Below, one piece after another: positions 43,801 to 53,339 of a stretch of 64,000 bases of DNA. The position numbers were made by a program, and so were the translations under genes. The stretch comes from a virus, in the IMG/VR virus record IMGVR_UViG_3300045988_169015, positions 1 to 64,000 of that record; one strand, given 5' to 3'. The notes under the pieces were generated by a model. It was not told the origin of the DNA. It saw nothing but the letters and a program-made list of their open reading frames with translations, and searched no databases. Position 1 is the first letter of the stretch. Each line of letters starts with the position of its first letter.

Positions 43801-43818
43801 GGGATTGTGGATGTGGAA

Positions 43819-44556
43819 TCAAATTTCTTTTTCGATAAAGGATTTAAGCGGCTCTCTAAGAGTGCAGTTTTCATGAAGCCATGTAAGGTAATCAATATCA
43901 GACTTTATATCAACGAATTTTTGACCTTTATACTTTCCAAAGGGCATAATGAACTCGTCAGAATTCTCCGCAGCAGGTGCCGAATAAGAGTTAATGTTGG
44001 GCTGTTCAAAAACATACTCAAAATGCTTACGGCTTGCAAGATAATCACACATATGTACAAACTGCTGTGCGGCAGTCACGGGCTTAGGGAGAACGATGTT
44101 GCTACGCTTATCTGTGTTCCAACCACCCATATGTGAAGCGATCATACTTGCTATTTTGTTTTTATCCGCCTGCGAGATAACTTCACTTCTGCTGTTACGA
44201 ACCCATTCAGCTGCGATGACAGGATGGTCAAAAACCGTATAAGTGCTGCCATTATCACCATGCTTTTTTGCATCGTGGAGTATTCCCGCAACACGGATCA
44301 TATCCTTGGTATCGTTGTCAAAATCAAACTGCTCAAGTGCAAGCAGGTCATTTGCAATTCCGACAAGAGCTTTAGTATGGCGAATTAATCCTTGTTCGCC
44401 CTGTGCGAATTTGGGGTGGTATTTGCCTGTACTTGATGCAGGAACCGTAAAGAAATAGTCTGGAGCGTCTTCAAGCATTTCTATACAAAACTGACGAATA
44501 TTGGAGTTTGTAATTGTGTCGAGTTCTGCTCTGAATGTTTCTGATTTTATACTCAT
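43819..44556 (-). CDS. HD-domain phosphohydrolase with C-terminal DUF3820-like tail
   Basis: HD pattern (IRHTKAL..AGILHDAKKHG). C-terminal MPFGKYKGQKFVDI..DYLTWL. Confidence 0.65.
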   Translation of the reverse strand: MSIKSETFRAELDTITNSNIRQFCIEMLEDAPDYFFTVPASSTGKYHPKFAQGEQGLIRHTKALVGIANDLLALEQFDFDNDTKDMIRVAGILHDAKKHGDNGSTYTVFDHPVIAAEWVRNSRSEVISQADKNKIASMIASHMGGWNTDKRSNIVLPKPVTAAQQFVHMCDYLASRKHFEYVFEQPNINSYSAPAAENSDEFIMPFGKYKGQKFVDIKSDIDYLTWLHENCTLREPLKSFIEKEI

Positions 44557-44588
44557 TGTATTCTATCCTTTCTAATATGTTAATTACC

Positions 44589-45236
44589 TTATGTATTTAT
44601 CCACCCGATAACAGGTGCGTTGTTATAATTGCCTACTTCCCAGACAAACCAAGCGTAACACTTTGCAGATGACATTCTTTTTTCTGTTCCATCTTTATTG
44701 TAAAGAGTATTACCGTCTTTATCTTTTGCACTGAAATCACCGTTCATTCCACAAAGTAGTCTGTTAGCAGCTACCCACACTCTTACGGGCGGTCTTGTCT
44801 TAAACAGTTTTGTTCTTTTGTCACTTTCAAGAAATTGTATCGGAAGAAATAGTGCAAGTTTTTTACCGCTTTCAAGCAAGTCAAGCGAATGTTCCGTCCA
44901 CTCTAATGCTGTTGAATAGGGTGGATTAGTAACTATATTGTCAGCAAGAGATTTATTGCATTTGAAGAAATCAATATTACCTTCTCCATAACCTCTATCA
45001 ACTAAGTCCGTGCTTACAACATCATAGCCAGCTTTAATCATAGACTCTGACAAATGACCCTCACCACAACAATTTTCCCAGATAGAGCCATTGAATTTTT
45101 CTACTTTCATTAGTTCTTCAACGGCTTTAGGTTCAGTAGCGTAATAATCGTGTTCAGCTCTATCGTGGTCGGTGTGATTACTTGCACCGAGCGTAACGAA
45201 TGTTGTTTTCTTATTGCCTGTCCAATCTTTACTCAT
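44589..45236 (-). CDS. DNA N6-adenine (NPPY-type) methyltransferase
   Basis: SAM motif ENCCGEGHL and catalytic IVTNPPYS. Confidence 0.75.
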   Translation of the reverse strand: MSKDWTGNKKTTFVTLGASNHTDHDRAEHDYYATEPKAVEELMKVEKFNGSIWENCCGEGHLSESMIKAGYDVVSTDLVDRGYGEGNIDFFKCNKSLADNIVTNPPYSTALEWTEHSLDLLESGKKLALFLPIQFLESDKRTKLFKTRPPVRVWVAANRLLCGMNGDFSAKDKDGNTLYNKDGTEKRMSSAKCYAWFVWEVGNYNNAPVIGWINT

Positions 45237-45257
45237 ATATGACTTCCTTTCAACGTG

Positions 45258-46559
45258 TTAATTCATACTTATTTCTGTTTTGTCGTCTCTAATACGATGT
45301 GTCCAAATGGCAAACCTCAGACCATATCCGCCCTCATCGTTCTTAGTAATTTCAAAATACGATATCGTAGCGATCTTGCCTACTATCAATTCGGGGTGTT
45401 TCCAATATTCCACACGTTCTTTTTCGTTAAAACCACTGCCGCAGCCACAAACATAATGCTTGTCCTGATATATAAATTCAACGACAACTCCACCAAGCTT
45501 ACCTGTGTTTTCACCTATGCCTTCGTAAACATCTATAATTCTGAGATCAGCATCTTGCATTACCTTTACTTTGAGCAAGTTATATGTTCTTTTAAAATCG
45601 TACTTGCCCTCGTTAAGGTTGATCATAATTCCTTCTTTGCTCTTATCACGGGCTTTGTTCAGATATTCAGTTATCATTTCCTTATCAGAACCCTGATACA
45701 AAACGGGCAAGAGACGCACATGGGCAAACTTGTTATCCTCAAATATCTTCTCAAGTAACGCTCTGCGCTTCCAGTATTCTATGTCGCAGGTCTGTTTAAT
45801 GAAATCTTCATACCTAAGTGTATCGAACACCATATATTTGAGACCGGTTTTAATGCCTTTCTTTCTTGCCGTAGTAGTTACTATCTTGTAGTTCTCAGCA
45901 GAAGTAAGTTCTTCGCAGTTTATAGCGACAAGCTCACCATCGAAAAAAGCATTATGTATCTTCTTCTCTTTACAAAATTGCGACAAATCTGTTTCGACTT
46001 CGATAAGCCCCTCGACAGGCTGTCCTTGACGAGAATAAAATTCAACCTTGTCATTATGTATAATTGCCGCTAATCTATATCCGTCAAGTTTTTCGGTAAG
46101 GGTAAATTCACCCGTTACCTTTTCGGGCTTTTCAAAATACTTTTCTGCAAGCTGCAAATCAAATACGGGTACAAAATTTTTCCCATAAACGCTATTTACC
46201 GTTTTCGCATCTATTCCAAGCTTTAGTGATTTAGTAATAAGCTGCTTATAATAATCCCGATATTTCTCGGGCTGGCTTTCAATAAATCCTTGCACGATAG
46301 CAATATCCGTGTCTTTACCGGTATTGTTTTCGGACAAGTACACCATCATATCTCTCCAAGTCTGAATAGGAGAGGTGTTATATGGAACTTGTTTATTGAG
46401 TTTTTTGGTGCTGATACCCGTGATTTCAAACGGATTAAGGAGCCATTTCAGAGTCGTCTGGAACAAAGTGTTATCTTGATTCTCTTTAAGGATCTGAATT
46501 TTTGCGTTGCGCTTAGTAGTTGATTGCAGCTTTTTAAATATGTCAAATACCTTGTCCAT
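45258..46559 (-). CDS. ATP-dependent DNA ligase
   Basis: Adenylation motif TEKLDGYRL (KxDG), followed by DGELV and later nucleotidyltransferase/OB-like motifs. Confidence 0.8.
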   Translation of the reverse strand: MDKVFDIFKKLQSTTKRNAKIQILKENQDNTLFQTTLKWLLNPFEITGISTKKLNKQVPYNTSPIQTWRDMMVYLSENNTGKDTDIAIVQGFIESQPEKYRDYYKQLITKSLKLGIDAKTVNSVYGKNFVPVFDLQLAEKYFEKPEKVTGEFTLTEKLDGYRLAAIIHNDKVEFYSRQGQPVEGLIEVETDLSQFCKEKKIHNAFFDGELVAINCEELTSAENYKIVTTTARKKGIKTGLKYMVFDTLRYEDFIKQTCDIEYWKRRALLEKIFEDNKFAHVRLLPVLYQGSDKEMITEYLNKARDKSKEGIMINLNEGKYDFKRTYNLLKVKVMQDADLRIIDVYEGIGENTGKLGGVVVEFIYQDKHYVCGCGSGFNEKERVEYWKHPELIVGKIATISYFEITKNDEGGYGLRFAIWTHRIRDDKTEISMN

Positions 46560-46598
46560 CTATTTCCTTTCTCAGATGCAGCCAGAGAGCTGCACCTG

Positions 46599-47129
46599 TT
46601 ATCTTAATTGTGATTTCAGATAATACGATAATACGCCATAAATATAAACACCGCTGAACGCTGCGTCGGGCATAAACATCAATTCAAGTCCGTATCTGTG
46701 GTTATATGTATGCAACGTTGCAAGGAATGCTTTTGGCGAAATATCGGTCTTGTAGTTTTTCTGAATGATATCAGCATAGTTTGCATTCTCTATCATCAGA
46801 TATTTCTTGCCCGAGAATGTAGCAAGCTCCTCTTCAAATCTCGCTCTGTTCTGAGTTATATTTCCGCTGATTTCTTCGAGACTCGCTTTGCGTTCCACCA
46901 TAATCTGGCGGTCGAAATACATATCTCGGTCTATATTCAGCTTTTCATTGGCGGGAATATAGAAGCTATAATCACCGTTCTTCAGAGCTTTAACTACATA
47001 ATTGATATGATTTTTATCGAACCAATCAAGAATTGATTTGTTGACTTTTTCACGGGAATCGACTATTATTGTGAGCGACTTCATCAGCTCTTCTTTTTCC
47101 TTATCGGTATATTTATAATGGGAAAGCAT
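46599..47129 (-). CDS. ERCC4/XPF-type nuclease (probable junction resolvase)
   Basis: IVDSREK, GDYSF and VERKASLEEISGN motifs. Confidence 0.65.
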   Translation of the reverse strand: MLSHYKYTDKEKEELMKSLTIIVDSREKVNKSILDWFDKNHINYVVKALKNGDYSFYIPANEKLNIDRDMYFDRQIMVERKASLEEISGNITQNRARFEEELATFSGKKYLMIENANYADIIQKNYKTDISPKAFLATLHTYNHRYGLELMFMPDAAFSGVYIYGVLSYYLKSQLR

Positions 47130-47133
47130 TCTA

Positions 47134-50100
47134 TCACCTCACATTCGCCCATTTTTTGAGAATAAGTTCTGTTTCTTCCTTACGATACCATTCACCCTCG
47201 GGAGTTTTACCCCACTTGGGTTCTTCGGAAATATCAATAGCTTTGATGATATCGCACTGTTTAACGGGGTTATCGTTGAAGACCTTACCTTTTATTTTAA
47301 CAGTTAACATTTCGCCGTTATTCAGACGATAAAGCTTGACTACACGATTCGCATACTTATCATTTATATCAAGAATTGCGTAATAGTTATCACTTAACTT
47401 CGGCAAAGTAGTTTGAACATAACCTAAGAATTCAATTTCCGCTTTAATTATCTCGGAGAGAGGAATGCTTTTATCTTCAAGGGTACTACACATCTCGGCA
47501 AGCAATCCATTCATATCGAATACTTTGTAGAGCTTTGCTGTTGCGGTTGCATATTTAAGAACGATCTTCTCGGGAAGTTGTACCTTGTCCTTGGAGAACT
47601 GCTTCTTGCCACCATACTCGCTGAACATTTTGAATATCTCAAGCAGCTTTTCCGATTTGCCAAATTCTCGGAAGAACCCAAGCCTGATAAGTATTTCGGT
47701 TTGTCTTGAATTGCAGGGATTTACCGCAAGGAAGTCTATGAAAGTTGAAAACTCAATATCTCGCATCTCATACATTTTCTGAGCAACTTCGGTGTTGAGA
47801 TATTTGATTGAAGCAATGCCTTTGTAGATTGCTCGATTCTTACTGTCAGGAATATATACATCTTTGGAATGTCTGAATTGGGGATTAAGAATTGAGATGC
47901 CGAGTTGTTTTGCCAATGCCGTACCATTAACAATATCAGCATCGTTATTTGCATTATTCAGATATGCAGAAATAAATTCTACAGGATAATAATAACGAAG
48001 ATAGGCACACATATAACCTATCATTGAATATCCGGTTGAATGGTTGTATCCAAACTGATAATTCGAGCTATCTTCAATAATCTGTAAAAATTCTTTTGCT
48101 TCCTGTTCAGCTACTTCTCTTGGTTTTGGAGACTTATTACAGTAACCTTCAAGAATTTGTGGGAGAGCTGCTTGCAGCCTATCCGCTTGTTTACGACCGA
48201 TTGCACGACGAATATTATCCGCATCACTACCAGATAATCCACATATTTCCTGTAAGAATTTAATGGTATCTTCTTGAAATACGAGGAAACCATTATTATC
48301 TTTAAGAAGCTCGTCTATAATTTCTGAGGGGTTATGATTAACTTCTTTTGCAATAAGTCTGTCACGATAACTTGCTCCCGACGGTCTCAAAGATGCGTTC
48401 ACCAAAGATAAATGGTTTATCATAGTAGGCTTATATTTCTGAAGTAAATCGAAGGCATAATCTCCTTCAAACTGAAATATTCCTACGGGACTTGTGATTA
48501 TATCATCCCATACTTTAGAGTCATTCCAGTTTAATTCGTGAGCACGAGGATATTTTATTTCTGCAAACTTACAGGTGTCTTTGCATATTTCGATGTTCTT
48601 CAAACCAAGAATATCATATTTTACAAGAGATACTTCGTGTACTTCTTCCATATTCACCTGCAAAATACGCTTTCCCTCAGACCAAAATGTACCGTAATTA
48701 TCTGGAAGAGTTACGGGACTTGCAATAATTCCCGCCGGGTGCATTGATTGTGAAATTGCTGTATTGAGCAATCCGTCGAAATAATAAAATACATCCGGAT
48801 ACTTTTGTTTTGTCGTTTCAGGATCGACTTCATATTCCTTTTTTATTTTTTCAACCTCACCAAGCGGGATCTCAAGAGCTCTGCCGATTTCATCGATTGT
48901 ACCTTTATCTGAAATAGTACCAATAGCAAGAATATAGGCTGTCTTATCTTGTCCAAAGCGATCGATAATATAATCATAAACAAGATGTCTTTGGCTCGGA
49001 GATACGTCGATGTCAATATCTCCAATCTCTTTTCTATCCTCGTTACAAAAACGAGAGAAAACTGTATGCCATACTACTGGGTCAACGTCAATAATACCTG
49101 TAATATATGCTACTTCTGAACCACCAACGCTACCTCTGCATGGTCCAATTGGAATACCATTATCCCAGCACCAACATACGAGTTCAGACATAAACAGCAT
49201 AAATCCAACCATACCAACTTTTTCAAATACACGCATTTCTTCATATATCCTATCTCTATATTCAGAACTGTCGGATATTATACGACGCTTTCTTTTATCC
49301 TTATACATTGTATTGATACGTTGTTTCATTACTTCAATATCTTTTTCTCCATAAAGCTTGGGATACTTAAAACTTGTATCCAACTCAAACGTTTCAACGG
49401 AATCAGCCATAACATTGGTGTTTTCGATTGCCTGTAAATACACTTCCTCATCTACAACGCCCTGCTGTCTAAACATTTCGACAAGTTCGTCATATGATTT
49501 ATAAGTCAAGTCAAATTGATCTTCGTTGGAAAAGCCAATCTTTTTCGCTTTCATAAGAATAGAACGGCATTCAGCTTTATAGTTATTGATACTATGAGTA
49601 TCGGTTCCCGCAATAAGAGGCTTTTTATATTTCTTTGACATCTTTACAAGCCAATCGTTATATTCTTTTTGTTCAGAACTGTTAACGTGAGGTTGAATTT
49701 CGTAATAGTCATATGTTCTAAGAAGCCTATCAAGTAATACAGCATTGTCTACCATGTCAATCTTGTTAAGGGGTGATGCGAGGCAAGCACTTATTTTAAT
49801 TACATTATCTGATATATTAAAGAACTCATCAAAGCTTATTCGATGTTTATAATATGTATGGTCTTCTTGTGAAGCAATATCAATAAGCGTGTTTATCTCT
49901 CTGACCCCTGCTTCATTTTTAGCAATCAGAATGGTATGGTAATTATCACGAACTTTATGAGGCTCCGAATTCTCGTCATCTTTTTGTAACAACGCCTTTG
50001 TAAGATACATTTCTACGCCGTGAAGATATTTAATTTCTTTCTCTTCACAATACATTTTCTTTTCAATCCAGTTATAAATATTGCCGTGTTCTGTAAAACA

Positions 50101-50214
50101 AATTGCTTTTTGACCAAGTTCTTTTGCCTTGTCAATATATAATTTATAATTAGTACAACTGTCTAACAGACTCAATTCTGAGTGGAGATGATACACCGTA
50201 TAATTATTTCCCAT
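47134..50214 (-). CDS. dnaE: DNA polymerase III alpha subunit (DnaE-type, N-terminal PHP domain)
   Basis: ATG 50214. PHP motif YHLHSELSLLDS. About 1026 aa with the Pol IIIα architecture. The start overlaps the HNH gene stop by 11 nt. Confidence 0.85.
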   Translation of the reverse strand: MGNNYTVYHLHSELSLLDSCTNYKLYIDKAKELGQKAICFTEHGNIYNWIEKKMYCEEKEIKYLHGVEMYLTKALLQKDDENSEPHKVRDNYHTILIAKNEAGVREINTLIDIASQEDHTYYKHRISFDEFFNISDNVIKISACLASPLNKIDMVDNAVLLDRLLRTYDYYEIQPHVNSSEQKEYNDWLVKMSKKYKKPLIAGTDTHSINNYKAECRSILMKAKKIGFSNEDQFDLTYKSYDELVEMFRQQGVVDEEVYLQAIENTNVMADSVETFELDTSFKYPKLYGEKDIEVMKQRINTMYKDKRKRRIISDSSEYRDRIYEEMRVFEKVGMVGFMLFMSELVCWCWDNGIPIGPCRGSVGGSEVAYITGIIDVDPVVWHTVFSRFCNEDRKEIGDIDIDVSPSQRHLVYDYIIDRFGQDKTAYILAIGTISDKGTIDEIGRALEIPLGEVEKIKKEYEVDPETTKQKYPDVFYYFDGLLNTAISQSMHPAGIIASPVTLPDNYGTFWSEGKRILQVNMEEVHEVSLVKYDILGLKNIEICKDTCKFAEIKYPRAHELNWNDSKVWDDIITSPVGIFQFEGDYAFDLLQKYKPTMINHLSLVNASLRPSGASYRDRLIAKEVNHNPSEIIDELLKDNNGFLVFQEDTIKFLQEICGLSGSDADNIRRAIGRKQADRLQAALPQILEGYCNKSPKPREVAEQEAKEFLQIIEDSSNYQFGYNHSTGYSMIGYMCAYLRYYYPVEFISAYLNNANNDADIVNGTALAKQLGISILNPQFRHSKDVYIPDSKNRAIYKGIASIKYLNTEVAQKMYEMRDIEFSTFIDFLAVNPCNSRQTEILIRLGFFREFGKSEKLLEIFKMFSEYGGKKQFSKDKVQLPEKIVLKYATATAKLYKVFDMNGLLAEMCSTLEDKSIPLSEIIKAEIEFLGYVQTTLPKLSDNYYAILDINDKYANRVVKLYRLNNGEMLTVKIKGKVFNDNPVKQCDIIKAIDISEEPKWGKTPEGEWYRKEETELILKKWANVR

Positions 50215-51205
50215 ATAATTCCACCCCGTACTTTTTAAAGACTTCCTTTTGAGGTTGCATTCCCGGATAATAACAATTTTCGGCATTTAATCTTGCAGTA
50301 ATCGCATCGTCAATATTCTTATAATGTCCTAATTCAATTCTGCGACCTTGATAATTAATATATGCTCTCCATGTTGACGTAGCTTTGAGCCAGCTTACTC
50401 CAGTAACGCCAGACGTATTATTTCTGCGTAATCCAGAATTAATTGAGTTCTGAGATTTATTTACAATACGTAAATTTTCTTTTCGATTATCAAGCCTATC
50501 CCTATTGATATGATCCGGTATCTTGTTTTTATCATATTCGTTTAACAGAAACCTTTGCATTAACCCTTTTGATGTGTTTTCTGCATATCCCCAAGTGTTT
50601 AATCCCCATTTGTATTGAATAACTTTTTCCAAGTCGTCTATATCAATTTTTGCCTCTGCAACAATATTATGTTTGGAATCTCTCAATATAATAAATGCAA
50701 CATCGTCTTTAATATAATATTGATTTTTATCAAACACCGTAATTTCTTTCACTTCTCCGAGTTTATATAATTGGCTATAATGCTTTAAACAATACATGCC
50801 ATTATATATTCGAGAATATATCACATGATGGTCACTACCACAGATACAACACACTCTTTCTATCTTCTTGCCAGATGGCATTTCGTCAAGAAGATTTCCA
50901 TGATTTCTCATTTGCATATAATGTTTGCTACACAATTCTAACCCATTGTATTCATCTTTGGAATGCCAAATTGTATAATTACAAGAGTTTATATCTCCAC
51001 ATATATCGCATTTACGACTCAGCGGTCTTGGATAATTTGGTTTATCATCTATTATTTTGCCGTATCTATGTAGTTGAGTATAATGTTTGTTGCAAAGTAA
51101 TTTTGTTTTATAAAAATGCGAATCTTCTGATGCTAATTTACCACAAATGCAACACTTTAATTCTTGATTTGTTGATTCCTTCATTGATTTTTCACCACCT
51201 GTCAT
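50204..51205 (-). CDS. HNH homing endonuclease with AP2 DNA-binding domain and three zinc-finger repeats
   Basis: ATG 51205 lies 7 nt after AAGGAG. The C..C-x-(C)xKHYxQ(L/M) unit occurs three times. HINRDRLDNRKENLRIV (HNH) and GVTGVSW..WRAYINYQGRRIELGHY (AP2). Confidence 0.8.
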   Translation of the reverse strand: MTGGEKSMKESTNQELKCCICGKLASEDSHFYKTKLLCNKHYTQLHRYGKIIDDKPNYPRPLSRKCDICGDINSCNYTIWHSKDEYNGLELCSKHYMQMRNHGNLLDEMPSGKKIERVCCICGSDHHVIYSRIYNGMYCLKHYSQLYKLGEVKEITVFDKNQYYIKDDVAFIILRDSKHNIVAEAKIDIDDLEKVIQYKWGLNTWGYAENTSKGLMQRFLLNEYDKNKIPDHINRDRLDNRKENLRIVNKSQNSINSGLRRNNTSGVTGVSWLKATSTWRAYINYQGRRIELGHYKNIDDAITARLNAENCYYPGMQPQKEVFKKYGVELYGK

Positions 51206-51216
51206 CAAATCACTCC

Positions 51217-52308
51217 TTAAAACAAATCGTCATCATCGTTCTGCTTAAGTTCTTCCTTAATGCACTTATAATCAGCAATATACTTGCAAATATGTTTGTA
51301 TCCACATAAAACGCTGCAAAAAAACTCTGACGATTTATCAATTTCAACAGGTTCCCAGTCAACTTCATTATCGCTCTTACTTTCAAATTGCTCAATACGG
51401 TTTTTTATATAATCCAATGTCTCCTGCTTAAGCTCATCAGTTATCTCATACCATCTGACATAAGGCTTAATCGTGTACTTTTTACGAACCTCTTCGGGAA
51501 GCTTGTCCCAAGAATTACGTTTTACAGCATCATCAAGTATCATCTCAATATCAATTTCCGTAAAGCCAAGATTTTCAAGATCCGATTCGAGATACGGTTT
51601 CAGCTCTTTAAGTATTTTGCTTCTATTGAATATCTTCTTAATGCGAGTTTCTGTTTTAGCATTTTTACGAGCCTTACCGTTCCAACTGACTTCGGCATAT
51701 TTGAGCATTATCCAAGCAACATTTTTAACAGTATAGCCTTCCTGTTCTTTGCCCATTGCATAAAGTACAAGCTGTCTGCCATGGTGGATCAAATCCTTTG
51801 CCGTAAACTGTGATGACGTTTTCCAGTCAAAGATACTCAATGTGCCATCATTGTTATACCTAATGAGGTCGATATAGCCTTGAAGATAATGGGTTTGATC
51901 GCCGCAATCGTATATAAACAACTGTTCTGTCTCAAACTTTCCTTTTGGCTTTACGAAGCCTGTACAAAAATCTTTCATATCAGCTATCCAGTTGTCACGA
52001 ATGCTCGTACCACCGTTTCTATCGTTGGGAAAATCAATTCCAAGCATATCCATATCTTCAAGCTCCTTATTAAGAGCAGGAAGTAGAGCTGCTTCAGTGC
52101 TCTCGCCGTTCATAATTGCCTCAAGGCAATCGTGGATTCTCGTACCAAGGATACTATAACAGCTGCTGCTCTGTTTTGCATGCTTGACATATGATAAATA
52201 CGCCTGATATTCACACTGGTCGATTGTATTAAGCTTTGAAATAGAATACACTTTTTTCTTGGCATCGAACAATGCTTTTAATCGAGGGTCTAATTCTCTC
52301 TGCCCCAT
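51217..52308 (-). CDS. PD-(D/E)XK exonuclease, Cas4/RecB-like with C-terminal Cys cluster
   Basis: GYIDLI..IFDWKTS nuclease motif. C-terminal FFCSVLCGYKHICKY and an N-terminal Cys (IDQCEYQ). Confidence 0.7.
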   Translation of the reverse strand: MGQRELDPRLKALFDAKKKVYSISKLNTIDQCEYQAYLSYVKHAKQSSSCYSILGTRIHDCLEAIMNGESTEAALLPALNKELEDMDMLGIDFPNDRNGGTSIRDNWIADMKDFCTGFVKPKGKFETEQLFIYDCGDQTHYLQGYIDLIRYNNDGTLSIFDWKTSSQFTAKDLIHHGRQLVLYAMGKEQEGYTVKNVAWIMLKYAEVSWNGKARKNAKTETRIKKIFNRSKILKELKPYLESDLENLGFTEIDIEMILDDAVKRNSWDKLPEEVRKKYTIKPYVRWYEITDELKQETLDYIKNRIEQFESKSDNEVDWEPVEIDKSSEFFCSVLCGYKHICKYIADYKCIKEELKQNDDDDLF

Positions 52309-53331
52309 TTACAACCACTTCACTTTCTTATTTATTGCATAAGCAAATTTATCTTTGCCTAAATCTGTTATTGATTGCTTTTTGTCTTTCTCCAGAATTT
52401 CGTTATCATCATCCCAGATATATCCGACTTTATTCTTTAAAATGGAATTATCACAGACAAGCTTACTGGCTTCATCTCTCACAAATTCTTCATCCAGCCC
52501 CTCATCGAAGGCGACGATCACTTTATCTGTCATCAATGACTTTATATATTTTGATTGCGTTTGACTGATATGACAGCCCGAAGAACCAAGAACACAATTA
52601 CACCCAAATGAGGCCGCTTGCATGGGAGCCTTTTCTGACTCGCATATAATACATAAATTCTTTTCTTGTATCGTTTGATAATTCCGATGAAATCCAAAGA
52701 GCGTCAGACTTCTCGAACACGGAATAATTGGTAGCCATCTATCCTCATGAGCGCAGTTCTTATCGTTAAGTCTTCCCATTATTCCACATAATTCGCCCTT
52801 GAATGTCCAGATTGGAACTGTTATCCGATTCGTCTCAATGTCATAACCGATATTAAACTCCGACTGCACTTCAAAATTGATGCCATCGTTGAAGAAAAGC
52901 ATATTAGGAATATTGACAAAATCATTTAATACCGAGGGAGAGTATGTCTGCACCACACTCTCCGGCTCGGCGACTTCTTTATGGAGACTTTTAAAGAAAC
53001 CTCCAAACGGAAGTTTAATATTGCTGACAGCACTCGTTGCTTGAATACCAATTTTCTTTGCTATGTATCTGAGACATTCGGGAAACGACATTCCCTCTCG
53101 TTCCATTACAAGAGTATAGAGATTACCCCTACTGTTGGTGCTGAAGCAGAAGTATTTCAGCGTGTCCAAATTCATAAGGATAGATGTAGGATTATTGCCC
53201 TCTCCCCTTGCGAAACGGAATTGTTTTTTGACGGTATCAAACTTGATATTCGAGAAGCCTATATCTTCGAGAATTTCGCTGACAGAATCGGGATGACCGG
53301 ATAAAAACTCTGTTATAGTAATTACGTTCAT
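52309..53331 (-). CDS. DNA primase (Toprim domain)
   Basis: IICESEKAPMQ (Toprim Glu) and VIVAFDEGLD (DxD). AGGAGAAG RBS. Confidence 0.7.
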   Translation of the reverse strand: MNVITITEFLSGHPDSVSEILEDIGFSNIKFDTVKKQFRFARGEGNNPTSILMNLDTLKYFCFSTNSRGNLYTLVMEREGMSFPECLRYIAKKIGIQATSAVSNIKLPFGGFFKSLHKEVAEPESVVQTYSPSVLNDFVNIPNMLFFNDGINFEVQSEFNIGYDIETNRITVPIWTFKGELCGIMGRLNDKNCAHEDRWLPIIPCSRSLTLFGFHRNYQTIQEKNLCIICESEKAPMQAASFGCNCVLGSSGCHISQTQSKYIKSLMTDKVIVAFDEGLDEEFVRDEASKLVCDNSILKNKVGYIWDDDNEILEKDKKQSITDLGKDKFAYAINKKVKWL

Positions 53332-53339
53332 AGCTTCTC

